From assembly GCA_044449985.1 (NCBI GenBank), contig JBIOIQ010000003.1:10901-74900 (forward strand): a DNA stretch of 64,000 nucleotides, in the 5' to 3' direction. The notes beneath the pieces are model-generated. The model did no database searches. It saw nothing but the letters and a program-made list of their open reading frames with translations, and was not told where the DNA came from. Of the stretch, positions 50,171 to 59,019 are shown one piece after another. Source of the DNA: Candidatus Saccharimonadia bacterium (GTDB lineage: Bacteria; Patescibacteriota; Saccharimonadia; UBA4664; JBIOIQ01). The translations under genes and the position numbers were made by a program. Every line of letters begins with the position of its first letter. Positions within the stretch are counted from its first letter, which is position 1.

Positions 50171-52888
50171 ATGAGTAAAACTCCTAAATTAGTCTTAGTT
50201 GATGGTAATGCCTTGTTTCACCGCGCTTATCATGCGATCCCCTATTTGACCAATGCCGAAGGCACGCCGACCAATGCGGTCTATGGCTTTACCAACATCT
50301 TGCTTAAAATGATGGGGGATTTGAAGCCCGAATATGTAGTGATTGCTTGGGATCATTCAGGACAGACTTTTCGCAATGAGCTTTATCCGGAATATAAAGC
50401 GACTCGCGTGAAAGCACCGGATGATTTGTATGCCCAAATCCCGATCGTTAAAGAATTGGTTAGTGTATTGGGCTTGCCTTTGATTGAACTAGAGAATTAT
50501 GAAGCGGATGACATAATTGGTACCTTGGCCGCTCAAGCCAAAGGCGTTCAAACGATTATCGTGACTGGTGATCGTGACGAACTCCAGCTCGTGAGCGATA
50601 GCACTGAGGTCGACTTGTATAACCCTTCAACCGGTCAAAGTGAAACCTACGACGTCGCAAAGATGATCGAGCGATACGGACTAACGCCCGCTCAATTTAT
50701 TGACCTGAAGGCTTTAAAAGGTGATGCCAGTGACAATATTCCGGGCGTAGCCGGTATCGGCGAAAAAACTGCTATGAGTTTAATTTCGCAGTATCACTCT
50801 CTTGATGGAGTATATACACATATTGATGAGATTACGGGTAAGCTCAAGGAGCGTTTAGTTTCTGACAAAGAAACTGCCTATTTAAGCCGACAATTGTCTG
50901 AGATCGTTTGTGATGCACCGGTGAAACTAAAACTTTCGGAAGCCGAAGTGGGTCATTACGATAAAGCTGCTTTAGCGGAATTCTTTCGAAAATTCGGCTT
51001 TAAGTCGCTCCTTACTAAACTGCCGCAAGAAGCCATTGGGCAAATCGATTTATTTAATACCGAAGGTCCGGCAAAAAAAATAAGAAGTCATCTGGCCTCG
51101 GTGAAATACTCAAGTATTACCAGTAGTGATGAGCTTCGAAAACTTGCCAAAATGCTTGCAAGTGCCGCGGTATTTGCGATTGATACGGAAACGACTTCAG
51201 TTGACATGGTCGCTGCTAGTTTAGTCGGTATATCCGTTTCAGCGAAAGCCGAGGAAGCTTTCTATATTCCGGTTGGTCACGATACGGGAGCTCAGCTCCC
51301 GCTTGATGAGGTGGTGAAAGTCTTGCGTCCGATTCTCGAAAATCCCGTAATTGGGAAGATCGGGCATAACATTAAGTTTGATTACCAGATACTTAAACGA
51401 CATGGGCTCTCGATGTCCGGAATCATATTTGATACGATGGTGGCCTCGTTTCTGATAAATCCCCTAGGTCGTTCGCAAACTCTGGATGATCTGGCTTACA
51501 GTGAACTTGGTATTGAAATGATTCCGATAACAGAATTAATCGGCGAAAAAGGGAATGCTCAGAAGAGCTTTAATACCGTCCCTATAGATGAAGCTACCGA
51601 GTATGCCGCCGAGGATGCCGATATGAGTTGGAGACTATATCAGTTAATGGCCCCGCAACTTAAGGCCACCGGCCTTGATTCCTTAGCCGCTCAAACCGAG
51701 TGGCCCCTTATACCAATTTTAGGAGATATGGAACTCGCCGGCATTGAGCTCGACAGTGATTTCTTAAAGAAATTCAATAAAGTTATCAGTGCGCAAATAC
51801 TCAAGCTTGAAGAAGAAATTTGGAAGATCGCCGGAGAGCACTTTAATATAAGTTCTCCCGCCCAGCTCGCCCAAATACTTTTTGAAAAATTAGGGGTCAG
51901 TCCGATGGGTATAAAAAAAGGTAAAACCGGATTTTCAACGGCTGCTTCGGAGCTTGAGAAAATGAGAAATCTTCATCCCATTGTTGAGCTCATATTTCAG
52001 TATCGTGAGTTGGTAAAGCTGAAAAATACTTATGTTGATGCCCTGCCCGAACTGGTCAGTCCGGTTGATCATCGGATCCACACCAGTTTTAACCAGACGA
52101 TTGCCCAAACCGGTAGATTAAGCTCGACCAACCCTAATCTGCAGAATATCCCAGTGCGCACTGAACTGGGCCGCGAGATTCGTAAAGCTTTCGTAGCGCC
52201 CAAAAGTCGAATCTTTGTGTCGGCCGATTATTCACAAATTGAACTTCGGGTGGCAGCGGCGCTTAGCCATGACGAGGCGATGATAGAGACATTTCGCCGT
52301 GGTATTGATTTGCATGTTCAAACGGCCGCCGAGCTCTATAATGTTTCCCTCGAAGATGTTACGAAGGATATGCGCAGTGCTGCCAAAACTATTAATTTCG
52401 GAGTCTTATATGGGATGAGCGCACACGGTCTTTCGGTTGCAACCGGCATGACCCGGGAAGAAGCCAGCTCATTTATTGCCCGCTATTTCGAAGTGCGACC
52501 AAAGCTAGCCGCTTATATTGAGGATACAAAAAAATTTGCCCATGAGAATGAGTATACTGAAACCCTGTTTGGACGCCGCCGCCCTTGTCCCGAGATCAAC
52601 TCTAATAATTACGTAGTGGCGCAAGCAACGGAGCGCATGGCAGTCAATGTGCCAATTCAAGGCACTGCTGCCGATATATATAAGCTGGCCATGATTGCAC
52701 TGGTGCCAAAGCTCGACGATAAGACGCAGCTTTTGCTGCAAATTCATGATGAACTAATATCTGAAACGGATAGCAACGAAGCAGACAAGGTGGCGAGCGT
52801 AATGAAGGAGGTTATGGAAAATGTCTACGATCTTGGAGTACCACTGGCGGTTGATACAGCCATCGGCCATAACTGGGGCGAGCTATGA
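50171..52888 (+). CDS. polA: DNA polymerase I
   Basis: 905-aa ORF with a 5' nuclease N-terminus, 3'-5' exo motif FAIDTETTS, and polymerase motifs DYSQIELRV, RSAAKTINFGVLYGMS and QIHDELI. Confidence 0.97.
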   Translation: MSKTPKLVLVDGNALFHRAYHAIPYLTNAEGTPTNAVYGFTNILLKMMGDLKPEYVVIAWDHSGQTFRNELYPEYKATRVKAPDDLYAQIPIVKELVSVLGLPLIELENYEADDIIGTLAAQAKGVQTIIVTGDRDELQLVSDSTEVDLYNPSTGQSETYDVAKMIERYGLTPAQFIDLKALKGDASDNIPGVAGIGEKTAMSLISQYHSLDGVYTHIDEITGKLKERLVSDKETAYLSRQLSEIVCDAPVKLKLSEAEVGHYDKAALAEFFRKFGFKSLLTKLPQEAIGQIDLFNTEGPAKKIRSHLASVKYSSITSSDELRKLAKMLASAAVFAIDTETTSVDMVAASLVGISVSAKAEEAFYIPVGHDTGAQLPLDEVVKVLRPILENPVIGKIGHNIKFDYQILKRHGLSMSGIIFDTMVASFLINPLGRSQTLDDLAYSELGIEMIPITELIGEKGNAQKSFNTVPIDEATEYAAEDADMSWRLYQLMAPQLKATGLDSLAAQTEWPLIPILGDMELAGIELDSDFLKKFNKVISAQILKLEEEIWKIAGEHFNISSPAQLAQILFEKLGVSPMGIKKGKTGFSTAASELEKMRNLHPIVELIFQYRELVKLKNTYVDALPELVSPVDHRIHTSFNQTIAQTGRLSSTNPNLQNIPVRTELGREIRKAFVAPKSRIFVSADYSQIELRVAAALSHDEAMIETFRRGIDLHVQTAAELYNVSLEDVTKDMRSAAKTINFGVLYGMSAHGLSVATGMTREEASSFIARYFEVRPKLAAYIEDTKKFAHENEYTETLFGRRRPCPEINSNNYVVAQATERMAVNVPIQGTAADIYKLAMIALVPKLDDKTQLLLQIHDELISETDSNEADKVASVMKEVMENVYDLGVPLAVDTAIGHNWGEL

Positions 52889-53715
52889 GTGAAGTGCCTC
52901 AACCATCTCAGGAGACCAAGGGTTCTGATGAGTCGCTCGAAACCAAGGTCTCGCTCCCAGAAGTTACGCCTGAAATTCCCGCGCAATTGTTTGAGACAAT
53001 TAATCCTGATGCGCCCGAAGCTGAAAAACTTGAAAAAACTCGGTTTGAAAGCATTTTAACTAAACTCGAAGAACTCACCGCCGATCTGACGGAAGAGGAG
53101 CGCTTAGTGGCGGTGCAACGAATCTTTCCGCAGGGGGTCGAGAAATATTTGGAAGTTCGAAAACACGCATTTCGTGATCAGTTGACGGATCTACCAAATC
53201 GAGCGGCTTTAAAACGAATGATCGAACGTCTTGGAGTTGAAAGCGAATCTGAACTTACGGATACTGCTCGGAGGATTCCCGGACATGAGTTTGTCATGTT
53301 TGATGCCAATGATTTTAAAAATTTAAACGAACTAACCCAGGGGCGTCATGCAACCGGCGATATAGCTCTTGCTGAGATGGCCGGTACGCTACGGGGAGTT
53401 GCCGATGAAATGGGACTTCCATTCCGAAATCTTTTTCGACTTGGTGGGGATGAATTTCTCGTTGTAGTAAGTAGCGATCCCGAGACAAATGAACCGCGCG
53501 GAAAAATGTTCCTAGAGCGCGCCGTTTTAAGTTACGGTCACCGCTACTTCGAAGGGGTACTCAGCACTATTTCTGGTAACATCGGGGAAACTCCCAATGA
53601 AGCAGATGCACATCTTAAAGAGGCAAAAGATGACTTTAAGAAGACTCTGGCAGCTGAAGTCCCAGAAGATCCGGGAGATGATAAAGCTGACAATCTGCCC
53701 ACGAAAGAACAATAA
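52885..53715 (+). CDS. GGDEF-domain protein (putative diguanylate cyclase) with acidic N-terminal region and no recognisable sensor domain
   Basis: 276-aa ORF whose ATG overlaps the polA stop (ATGA). GGDEF-domain pattern is DQLTDLPNRAALKR...FVMFDANDFKNLNELTQGRHATGDIALAEMAGTLR...FRLGGDEFLVVV. No RxxD I-site lies 5 aa upstream of GGDEF. Confidence 0.8.
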   Translation: MSEVPQPSQETKGSDESLETKVSLPEVTPEIPAQLFETINPDAPEAEKLEKTRFESILTKLEELTADLTEEERLVAVQRIFPQGVEKYLEVRKHAFRDQLTDLPNRAALKRMIERLGVESESELTDTARRIPGHEFVMFDANDFKNLNELTQGRHATGDIALAEMAGTLRGVADEMGLPFRNLFRLGGDEFLVVVSSDPETNEPRGKMFLERAVLSYGHRYFEGVLSTISGNIGETPNEADAHLKEAKDDFKKTLAAEVPEDPGDDKADNLPTKEQ

Positions 53716-54593
53716 TGCCCGAACTGCCTGAAGTTGAGACTATTAAGCGAGGGTTGGCGGTCCGAATTATCGGTCAGACAATCTTAAGTGTTGAAGTCTT
53801 GAATAAATCCAGCTTTCCGCAGGATTTTGGGCTAATTTGGCCCTTTCTCGAAGCCAAGACAGTTATTGATGTGACGCGGTTTGCCAAGGTACTGGTTTGG
53901 CAACTTTCCGGTGGCCAAAGCTTGTTGTTTCATCTTAAAATGACCGGCCAGATAGTATTTGTTGGTCGTGATGGGAATCGCTTTGTCGGCGGCCATCCTA
54001 GCGAGTCAATGCAGAGAAGCTTACCTGTTAATTCAACCAGAGCGATATTTAGCTTCGAAACTGGCGATAAAGTTTTTTTTAACGATCAGAGAAAATTCGG
54101 CTGGATTAAAGTTCTTGCCACCGCACACCTTAACGACGATCCATTCTTGGCGAAGCTTGGCCCGGAGCCGCTCGGTTCGGATTTTACTACCTTAAGCTTA
54201 AGCGATAGTTTAGCCCGTCACGGGCGTGCACCCGTGAAAGCGGTGCTACTGGACCAAACCACTGTAGCAGGCATCGGCAATATCTACGCCGACGAGTCGC
54301 TCCACTTAGCAAAAATACATCCAGCCAGACTGGCGGGGACACTTTCAAGATCGGAAATTTCCAGACTGCACAGGGCTATAGTTGAGATACTGTCATTAGG
54401 AATCGCGCATGGCGGAACGAGCTTTACCAGTTATGTTACTGCCGAAGGAGAAAAAGGTGACTATTTACAGTATGCCAGAGTATTCCGAAGAGACTCTCAA
54501 GCCTGTCCGGTGTGCGGGGCAGTAATTAAAAAAATTAGGGTTGCCGGTCGAGGGACGCACTATTGTCCAACTTGCCAGAAAGCGCCGAAATAA
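53715..54593 (+). CDS. mutM: Formamidopyrimidine-DNA glycosylase
   Basis: 292-aa ORF with N-terminal MPELPEVET and C-terminal zinc finger CPVCGAVIKKIRVAGRGTHYCPTCQ. Confidence 0.95.
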   Translation: MPELPEVETIKRGLAVRIIGQTILSVEVLNKSSFPQDFGLIWPFLEAKTVIDVTRFAKVLVWQLSGGQSLLFHLKMTGQIVFVGRDGNRFVGGHPSESMQRSLPVNSTRAIFSFETGDKVFFNDQRKFGWIKVLATAHLNDDPFLAKLGPEPLGSDFTTLSLSDSLARHGRAPVKAVLLDQTTVAGIGNIYADESLHLAKIHPARLAGTLSRSEISRLHRAIVEILSLGIAHGGTSFTSYVTAEGEKGDYLQYARVFRRDSQACPVCGAVIKKIRVAGRGTHYCPTCQKAPK

Positions 54594-54595
54594 CC

Positions 54596-55522
54596 ATGAT
54601 CTTCTTTTTTTACGGTCCAAACACTTTTGCTGCCAGGAAGAAAATAAATGCCATGATCGAAACGTATCTCGAAAAATCCGGCAGTGATTTTGGCCTGGAG
54701 CGTTTTGATGGCAGTAGTCTGACGAAGGACACCCTCTTGGGAGCGCTCCGCGCGGTACCGTTCCTTGCGAACTCAAGGCTCGTAATCGTCGAAGATCTTG
54801 GAAGCAACAAATCCTTAGCGGACGGCGTTGGCGGTCTGGCAGGTGAAGTGGCCGATACCACAGTCGTCGTATTTTATGATCCCCATGTCGACCAAAGGAC
54901 AACCTATTTTAAAACCATGCAAAAAATGGCTCGGACTGTAAAATATGAAAATTTGAACCAGAAAAAGCTAGGTTTGTGGGCAAGTAATCGAATTATTGCG
55001 GGTGGGGGTAAGATCACGCAGCCAGTGCTGCTTAAGTTACTCGAAGCAACCGGAGATGATCAGTGGCGGCTGGCCAATGAAATCGATAAGTTACTTGCTT
55101 ATAACCTTGAGGTTACCGCTGACTCCGTGGAAACTTTGGTGAGCGCGAATACTTATCAGACAATTTTCACCCTGGTTGATGCTATGTCCTCCGGTCAGGG
55201 TAGGGAGGCCATTACGATTTTTCGAGCTCTGCTAGATGAGAAAACCAATGAAATCTATATCTTGAGCATGATCATTTGGCAACTCAAGAATTTACTTCTA
55301 GCCCAAACGTTGAATTCTTCCAGCTCCCTCGAACTTTCGAAAAGAGCCAAACTATCCCCGTTTGTCGCTGAGAAGGTGATGGCTAAGCAACGAAAGTTTT
55401 CGTTTCAAACCCTAAAAGACGCCTATCTCTGGGCGGTTGATACCGATTTTGATATAAAAACCGGTCGCGGAAATCCCCAGCAACTGATTGAACGACTTAT
55501 TTATCGCATTGCGACGATTTAA
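54596..55522 (+). CDS. holA: DNA polymerase III subunit delta
   Basis: I trimmed to ATG 54596, just after the mutM stop. Sequence MIFFFYGPNTFAARKKINAMIE... has holA-like length and helical C-terminal pattern. Confidence 0.75.
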   Translation: MIFFFYGPNTFAARKKINAMIETYLEKSGSDFGLERFDGSSLTKDTLLGALRAVPFLANSRLVIVEDLGSNKSLADGVGGLAGEVADTTVVVFYDPHVDQRTTYFKTMQKMARTVKYENLNQKKLGLWASNRIIAGGGKITQPVLLKLLEATGDDQWRLANEIDKLLAYNLEVTADSVETLVSANTYQTIFTLVDAMSSGQGREAITIFRALLDEKTNEIYILSMIIWQLKNLLLAQTLNSSSSLELSKRAKLSPFVAEKVMAKQRKFSFQTLKDAYLWAVDTDFDIKTGRGNPQQLIERLIYRIATI

Positions 55523-55731
55523 GAAGAGCTAGAGTCCGCCCGTTTAATTTGGTCGAGTAAAGTTTCGAGTTCTGATGAGAGGCCAATTATTTTAGCCAGC
55601 TCGCCTTTAGCTAACCAGGCATTTCCGGGTTTCATGGCGAAGTTGCGCATATCCTTAGCCCCGGATATTAGTTGTTCGCATAGCTCAAGATAATTTTCGC
55701 GTAAGCGTTCACTTTCGGTGAGATTAGTCAT
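55519..55731 (-). CDS. Small hypothetical protein (70 aa), coding status uncertain
   Basis: ORF convergent with holA with a 4-nt overlap. It has a helical, acidic sequence and I recognised no family. Confidence 0.35.
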   Translation of the reverse strand: MTNLTESERLRENYLELCEQLISGAKDMRNFAMKPGNAWLAKGELAKIIGLSSELETLLDQIKRADSSSS

Positions 55732-55777
55732 GATGTTAGTATTTCAGAAATTCCGGGTAAACGTAAATATTAAGAAC

Positions 55778-55814
55778 AAAAAACCTCGGGCAAACTAGGC
55801 ATGTTGACGAGGTT
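55778..55814 (-). terminator. Candidate Rho-independent terminator of rpsT
   Basis: The minus strand reads AACCTCG-(19 nt)-CGAGGTT followed by TTTTGTT. The loop is long. Confidence 0.45.
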
Positions 55815-55830
55815 TATGGAGTTTTAGGAG

Positions 55831-56199
55831 TTATTTGGCTGATTTTTTCGAACTGGCTTTTTTCGCAACAGGTTTCTTTGATTTGGGGGCGAGCACTTTT
55901 TCAGCTTTAACTTTTGGTTCTTTGACCGGTTTTACGGCAACAACTTTATTGCCGGCTAGCACTAGCCTTGATAATTTTCTTGAAGCAGTATTACGATGCA
56001 GTGTACCTTTTTTTACCGCTCGATCTATTTCAGATTGAGCAGCTTTTAAGGCTTCGGTAATAGTTGTGCTTTCGCCGGTAGCGATTGCACTCATGGCCAC
56101 ATGCATGTCTGCTTTGATGGCAGCACGAACCTTGAGGTTGTGACTTCTGCGCTTGGTGGTCTGTCGGGCACGCTTGATGGCTGATTTGATTATTGGCAT
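55831..56199 (-). CDS. rpsT: 30S ribosomal protein S20 with Lys/Ala-rich C-terminal extension
   Basis: 122-aa ORF, MPIIKSAIKRARQTTKRRSHNLKVRAAIK..., with tail ...KPVKEPKVKAEKVLAPKSKKPVAKKASSKKSAK. Confidence 0.9.
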   Translation of the reverse strand: MPIIKSAIKRARQTTKRRSHNLKVRAAIKADMHVAMSAIATGESTTITEALKAAQSEIDRAVKKGTLHRNTASRKLSRLVLAGNKVVAVKPVKEPKVKAEKVLAPKSKKPVAKKASSKKSAK

Positions 56200-56399
56200 T
56201 GATATCTTTTAGTTAAGTAATAACAAGAGTTAAATATACCGTAAACCTGTTAGTTTGTAAATAGAGCGACCCGAGCTATTTTTTGACTGATTAGGGTTAT
56301 CCCGTGATAATGAATCTAATTTGCCGTGCTTTATTTAGTACGGTATCTAGTTCCGAAATAGCTGAAGTATCGCCCCAGATCCCAGGAGGTAACCAGAGC

Positions 56400-56747
56400 A
56401 TGACGATAATTGGTACGAATTGTCCAAACTGTCGCTACGATATTGATCTTCGGTCGGCTGAGATGCAGATCCGTATATGCAGCGACGCCGTGATCGCTTC
56501 CTATCAGTACTCCTGCCCGCTTTGTCGATATCGGGTCGAAAAGCTGGTGTGGCCGGGTGTGATTGAATTGTTAGTGGCTGCGGGAGTGCCAACTTTGCAT
56601 TGGACGCTCGAAGGGGCCTTTACTAATGGAGCGCGACTATCTGGCATAACCTACACCGATTTGATGATCGCCAGGGAACTGCTCGGTCCCCATAGTGATG
56701 CGCTTGAGCAGGTTGTCGTCGAATGGTCGCAAAAACCCAGCGGATAG
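56400..56747 (+). CDS. Small zinc-ribbon protein (CxxC...CxxC), hypothetical
   Basis: I trimmed to ATG 56400 behind AGGAGG with a 10-nt spacing; the track start is GTG 56304. Sequence is MTIIGTNCPNCRYDIDL...YSCPLCRYRVEKLVWPG... A strong terminator follows. Confidence 0.45.
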   Translation: MTIIGTNCPNCRYDIDLRSAEMQIRICSDAVIASYQYSCPLCRYRVEKLVWPGVIELLVAAGVPTLHWTLEGAFTNGARLSGITYTDLMIARELLGPHSDALEQVVVEWSQKPSG

Positions 56748-56752
56748 TTTAA

Positions 56753-56790
56753 CTGCCTTGGGGGACAACCTCCCGAGGCAGCGTCTTTTT
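56753..56790 (+). terminator. Rho-independent terminator
   Basis: CTGCCTTGGGGG-ACAAC-CTCCCGAGGCAG, a 12-bp stem with two G:U pairs, followed by CGTCTTTTT. Confidence 0.7.
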
Positions 56791-56849
56791 CGAACGTATT
56801 TCTCGATGTAATGTAACTCATATTTAAGCGTAACAATCAATTGACAAAG

Positions 56850-56878
56850 TTGACAAAACGCTCAAATTGGTGTAAACT
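56850..56878 (+). promoter_or_regulatory. Candidate promoter of the DHH gene
   Basis: TTGACA occurs twice (56841 and 56850). The second is followed by a 17-nt spacer and TAAACT (56873-56878). Confidence 0.5.
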
Positions 56879-56904
56879 TAAGCATTGTCTAAATCAGATG
56901 CCTT

Positions 56905-58014
56905 ATGGATTTAACACCGAAGCAACAAGTTTCCGAGGCCATTCGACAGGCCGAGTCTATTTTAATCATTACCGGGCAACGTCCCAATATTGATCAGATC
57001 GCCAGTGTGGTAGCACTAGCGCTTATTTTGCGTAAATTCGGCAAAAAAGTCTCGAGCGTTGTGACTGATCAGGTTCCTGCCAGCGCCGCTTTTTTTACGG
57101 CCGGACATGTTGAGAAGAATTTACATGGACTCAGGGACTTTATTATTAAAGTTGATTTATCTCGAGCAGAAGTAGATAAGCTTAAATATACGATTGATGA
57201 AGGCAAATTAAATGTCCATGTCGTGCCGTTTAAGGGTGGTTTTAGCCAAGCAGATGTCAGTTACGAACATGGGGATTATCACTATGATCTGATAATCGCT
57301 ATGGGTGTTCCGTCTCGAATTAAGCTTGACCGAGTGCTCGAGCAAAATCCCGGACTGCTTAACTCAACCCCGCTCGTTAACATTGACTACCATCGGATTA
57401 ACGAGAGTTACGGGGCTATAAACTTAGTTGATACTAATGCGGCTACTTTGTCGGAAATGTTAATTTCAGTGGCGGAAAGTCTCCAGGCAGGTCTACTTGA
57501 CGATGAAATAGCGACCGCCATGCTCGCGGGTATTATTGCTTCGACCGACCGCTTTAGTGCTCCTCATACGACCGCTAAATCGATGACTGTGGCTGCCCAA
57601 CTTATGGCGGCCGGTGCCAAACAACAGACGATAATTAAAGCCCTCTTTGGGAGCCGAGACGGCCGCGATCGAGATAACTCAACCCGAGACCGAGATAATC
57701 GTGATCGAAGAGATAATCGTCCTCAACCTAATTCCCTACCTCAGTCACAGCCAACTTATAGTCCGCGCCCAGCTGAAAAAATTGAAGAACAAGCTCCGGA
57801 ACCCGTCGAAACCATCGAACCAATTTCGTTTGCAGATGACCACGCAGATAGCGGTAGTGCTCCCGAAATAGATTTGTCGGCACTTGACTGGAATTCCGTC
57901 ATGCCGAAACTTTCCAGTTTTGATGCGGCTCCGTCAGAAGACGAGATAAGTCGCGTTACGGAAACTGCCGAACAAATGCAACCCGACCCCCATTTCAATC
58001 CTAACCGCGCTTAA
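56905..58014 (+). CDS. DHH/DHHA1-family (NrnA-like) protein with apparently degenerate catalytic motifs and an Arg/Asp-rich disordered tail
   Basis: 369-aa ORF. By eye against B. subtilis NrnA, motif I DPD becomes NID (GQRPNIDQIAS), motif III DHH becomes DYH (VNIDYHRIN), and motif IV is STDRF. The C-terminal ~120 aa are low complexity (GSRDGRDRDNSTRDRDNRDRRDNRPQP...). Confidence 0.75.
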   Translation: MDLTPKQQVSEAIRQAESILIITGQRPNIDQIASVVALALILRKFGKKVSSVVTDQVPASAAFFTAGHVEKNLHGLRDFIIKVDLSRAEVDKLKYTIDEGKLNVHVVPFKGGFSQADVSYEHGDYHYDLIIAMGVPSRIKLDRVLEQNPGLLNSTPLVNIDYHRINESYGAINLVDTNAATLSEMLISVAESLQAGLLDDEIATAMLAGIIASTDRFSAPHTTAKSMTVAAQLMAAGAKQQTIIKALFGSRDGRDRDNSTRDRDNRDRRDNRPQPNSLPQSQPTYSPRPAEKIEEQAPEPVETIEPISFADDHADSGSAPEIDLSALDWNSVMPKLSSFDAAPSEDEISRVTETAEQMQPDPHFNPNRA

Positions 58015-58034
58015 AGTTAAGGAATTAAGAGTAA

Positions 58035-58712
58035 ATGGACGGAATCCTGCTCATAAATAAGCCGGAAGGTATTTCGTCTTTTGATTGCATCCGAATCTTA
58101 AGAAAAAACCTCACTTTCAAAAAAATCGGACATGCCGGTACCCTCGATCCATCGGCCAGTGGCCTTATGATTATGCTGCTTGGAAAAGCTTGCAAAAGTG
58201 CCGATCAGTATTCTAAGCTCGATAAAACCTACGACGCTGTAGTGCGCTTGGGCGTACGCAGTGATACGGGAGATCGTGAGGGCCAGCTAACTGAGTCGGC
58301 CACCGAATCAGTCGTTCCAACTCAAAGTACCGTCATGCAAGTGTTAAACTCATTTCTTGGTGAAATTACGCAGATTCCCCCTAAATACTCCGCCATTAAA
58401 ATTTCCGGGCAAGAAGCCTATAAAAGGGCCAGAAGAGGTGAAGATTTTGAGATGCCGAAGCGCCAGGTCACAATTTATGGGGTGCGGCTGAAAAGCTATA
58501 ATTATCCGGATTTGCACATTGAAATTGATTGCTCAAGCGGAACCTATATCAGGACGCTCGCGCAGGACATAGGCGAACAACTTGGTACTGGAGGATATTT
58601 ACTCAAATTGGTTCGGACGCGAATTGGTAAGATGACAATTAACGGCGCGGTTGATCTGGATAAAGCGACTCCCGATAGCTTACCTGGCATTCTGGGGGGC
58701 TACTTCCCCTGA
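58035..58712 (+). CDS. truB: tRNA pseudouridine(55) synthase TruB
   Basis: 225-aa ORF with catalytic motif GHAGTLDPSASGLM. Confidence 0.95.
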   Translation: MDGILLINKPEGISSFDCIRILRKNLTFKKIGHAGTLDPSASGLMIMLLGKACKSADQYSKLDKTYDAVVRLGVRSDTGDREGQLTESATESVVPTQSTVMQVLNSFLGEITQIPPKYSAIKISGQEAYKRARRGEDFEMPKRQVTIYGVRLKSYNYPDLHIEIDCSSGTYIRTLAQDIGEQLGTGGYLLKLVRTRIGKMTINGAVDLDKATPDSLPGILGGYFP

Positions 58713-58770
58713 AAATATTTGCTTGATCATTGTAGATACTATTGTATATACTACGAATCAAGGAGACTTT

Positions 58771-59019
58771 ATGAAAACAAGTGTGACAGTAAAAAAATGG
58801 GGAAATAGTCTGGCAATTAGGATACCCTTGAGCGTAGCTATCGAACTTGGATTAAGCGATGATTCTCAACTTCAGCTAAATAGCGATGGCAAGAAATTGA
58901 TTCTAAAACCAAAAAATCCCCAGACTTTAAATTTGGAAGCACTTCTTCAATCGATCACACCTGAAAATAATCATTTGATAGTTGATTGGGGTGAAGAAAC
59001 CGGCAATGAAATATGGTAG
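58771..59019 (+). CDS. mazE: MazE/AbrB-family antitoxin
   Basis: I trimmed to ATG 58771 behind an AAGGAG SD. The 82-aa sequence has the SpoVT/AbrB-type pattern VKKWGNSLAIRIPLSVAIELGL. Confidence 0.85.
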   Translation: MKTSVTVKKWGNSLAIRIPLSVAIELGLSDDSQLQLNSDGKKLILKPKNPQTLNLEALLQSITPENNHLIVDWGEETGNEIW

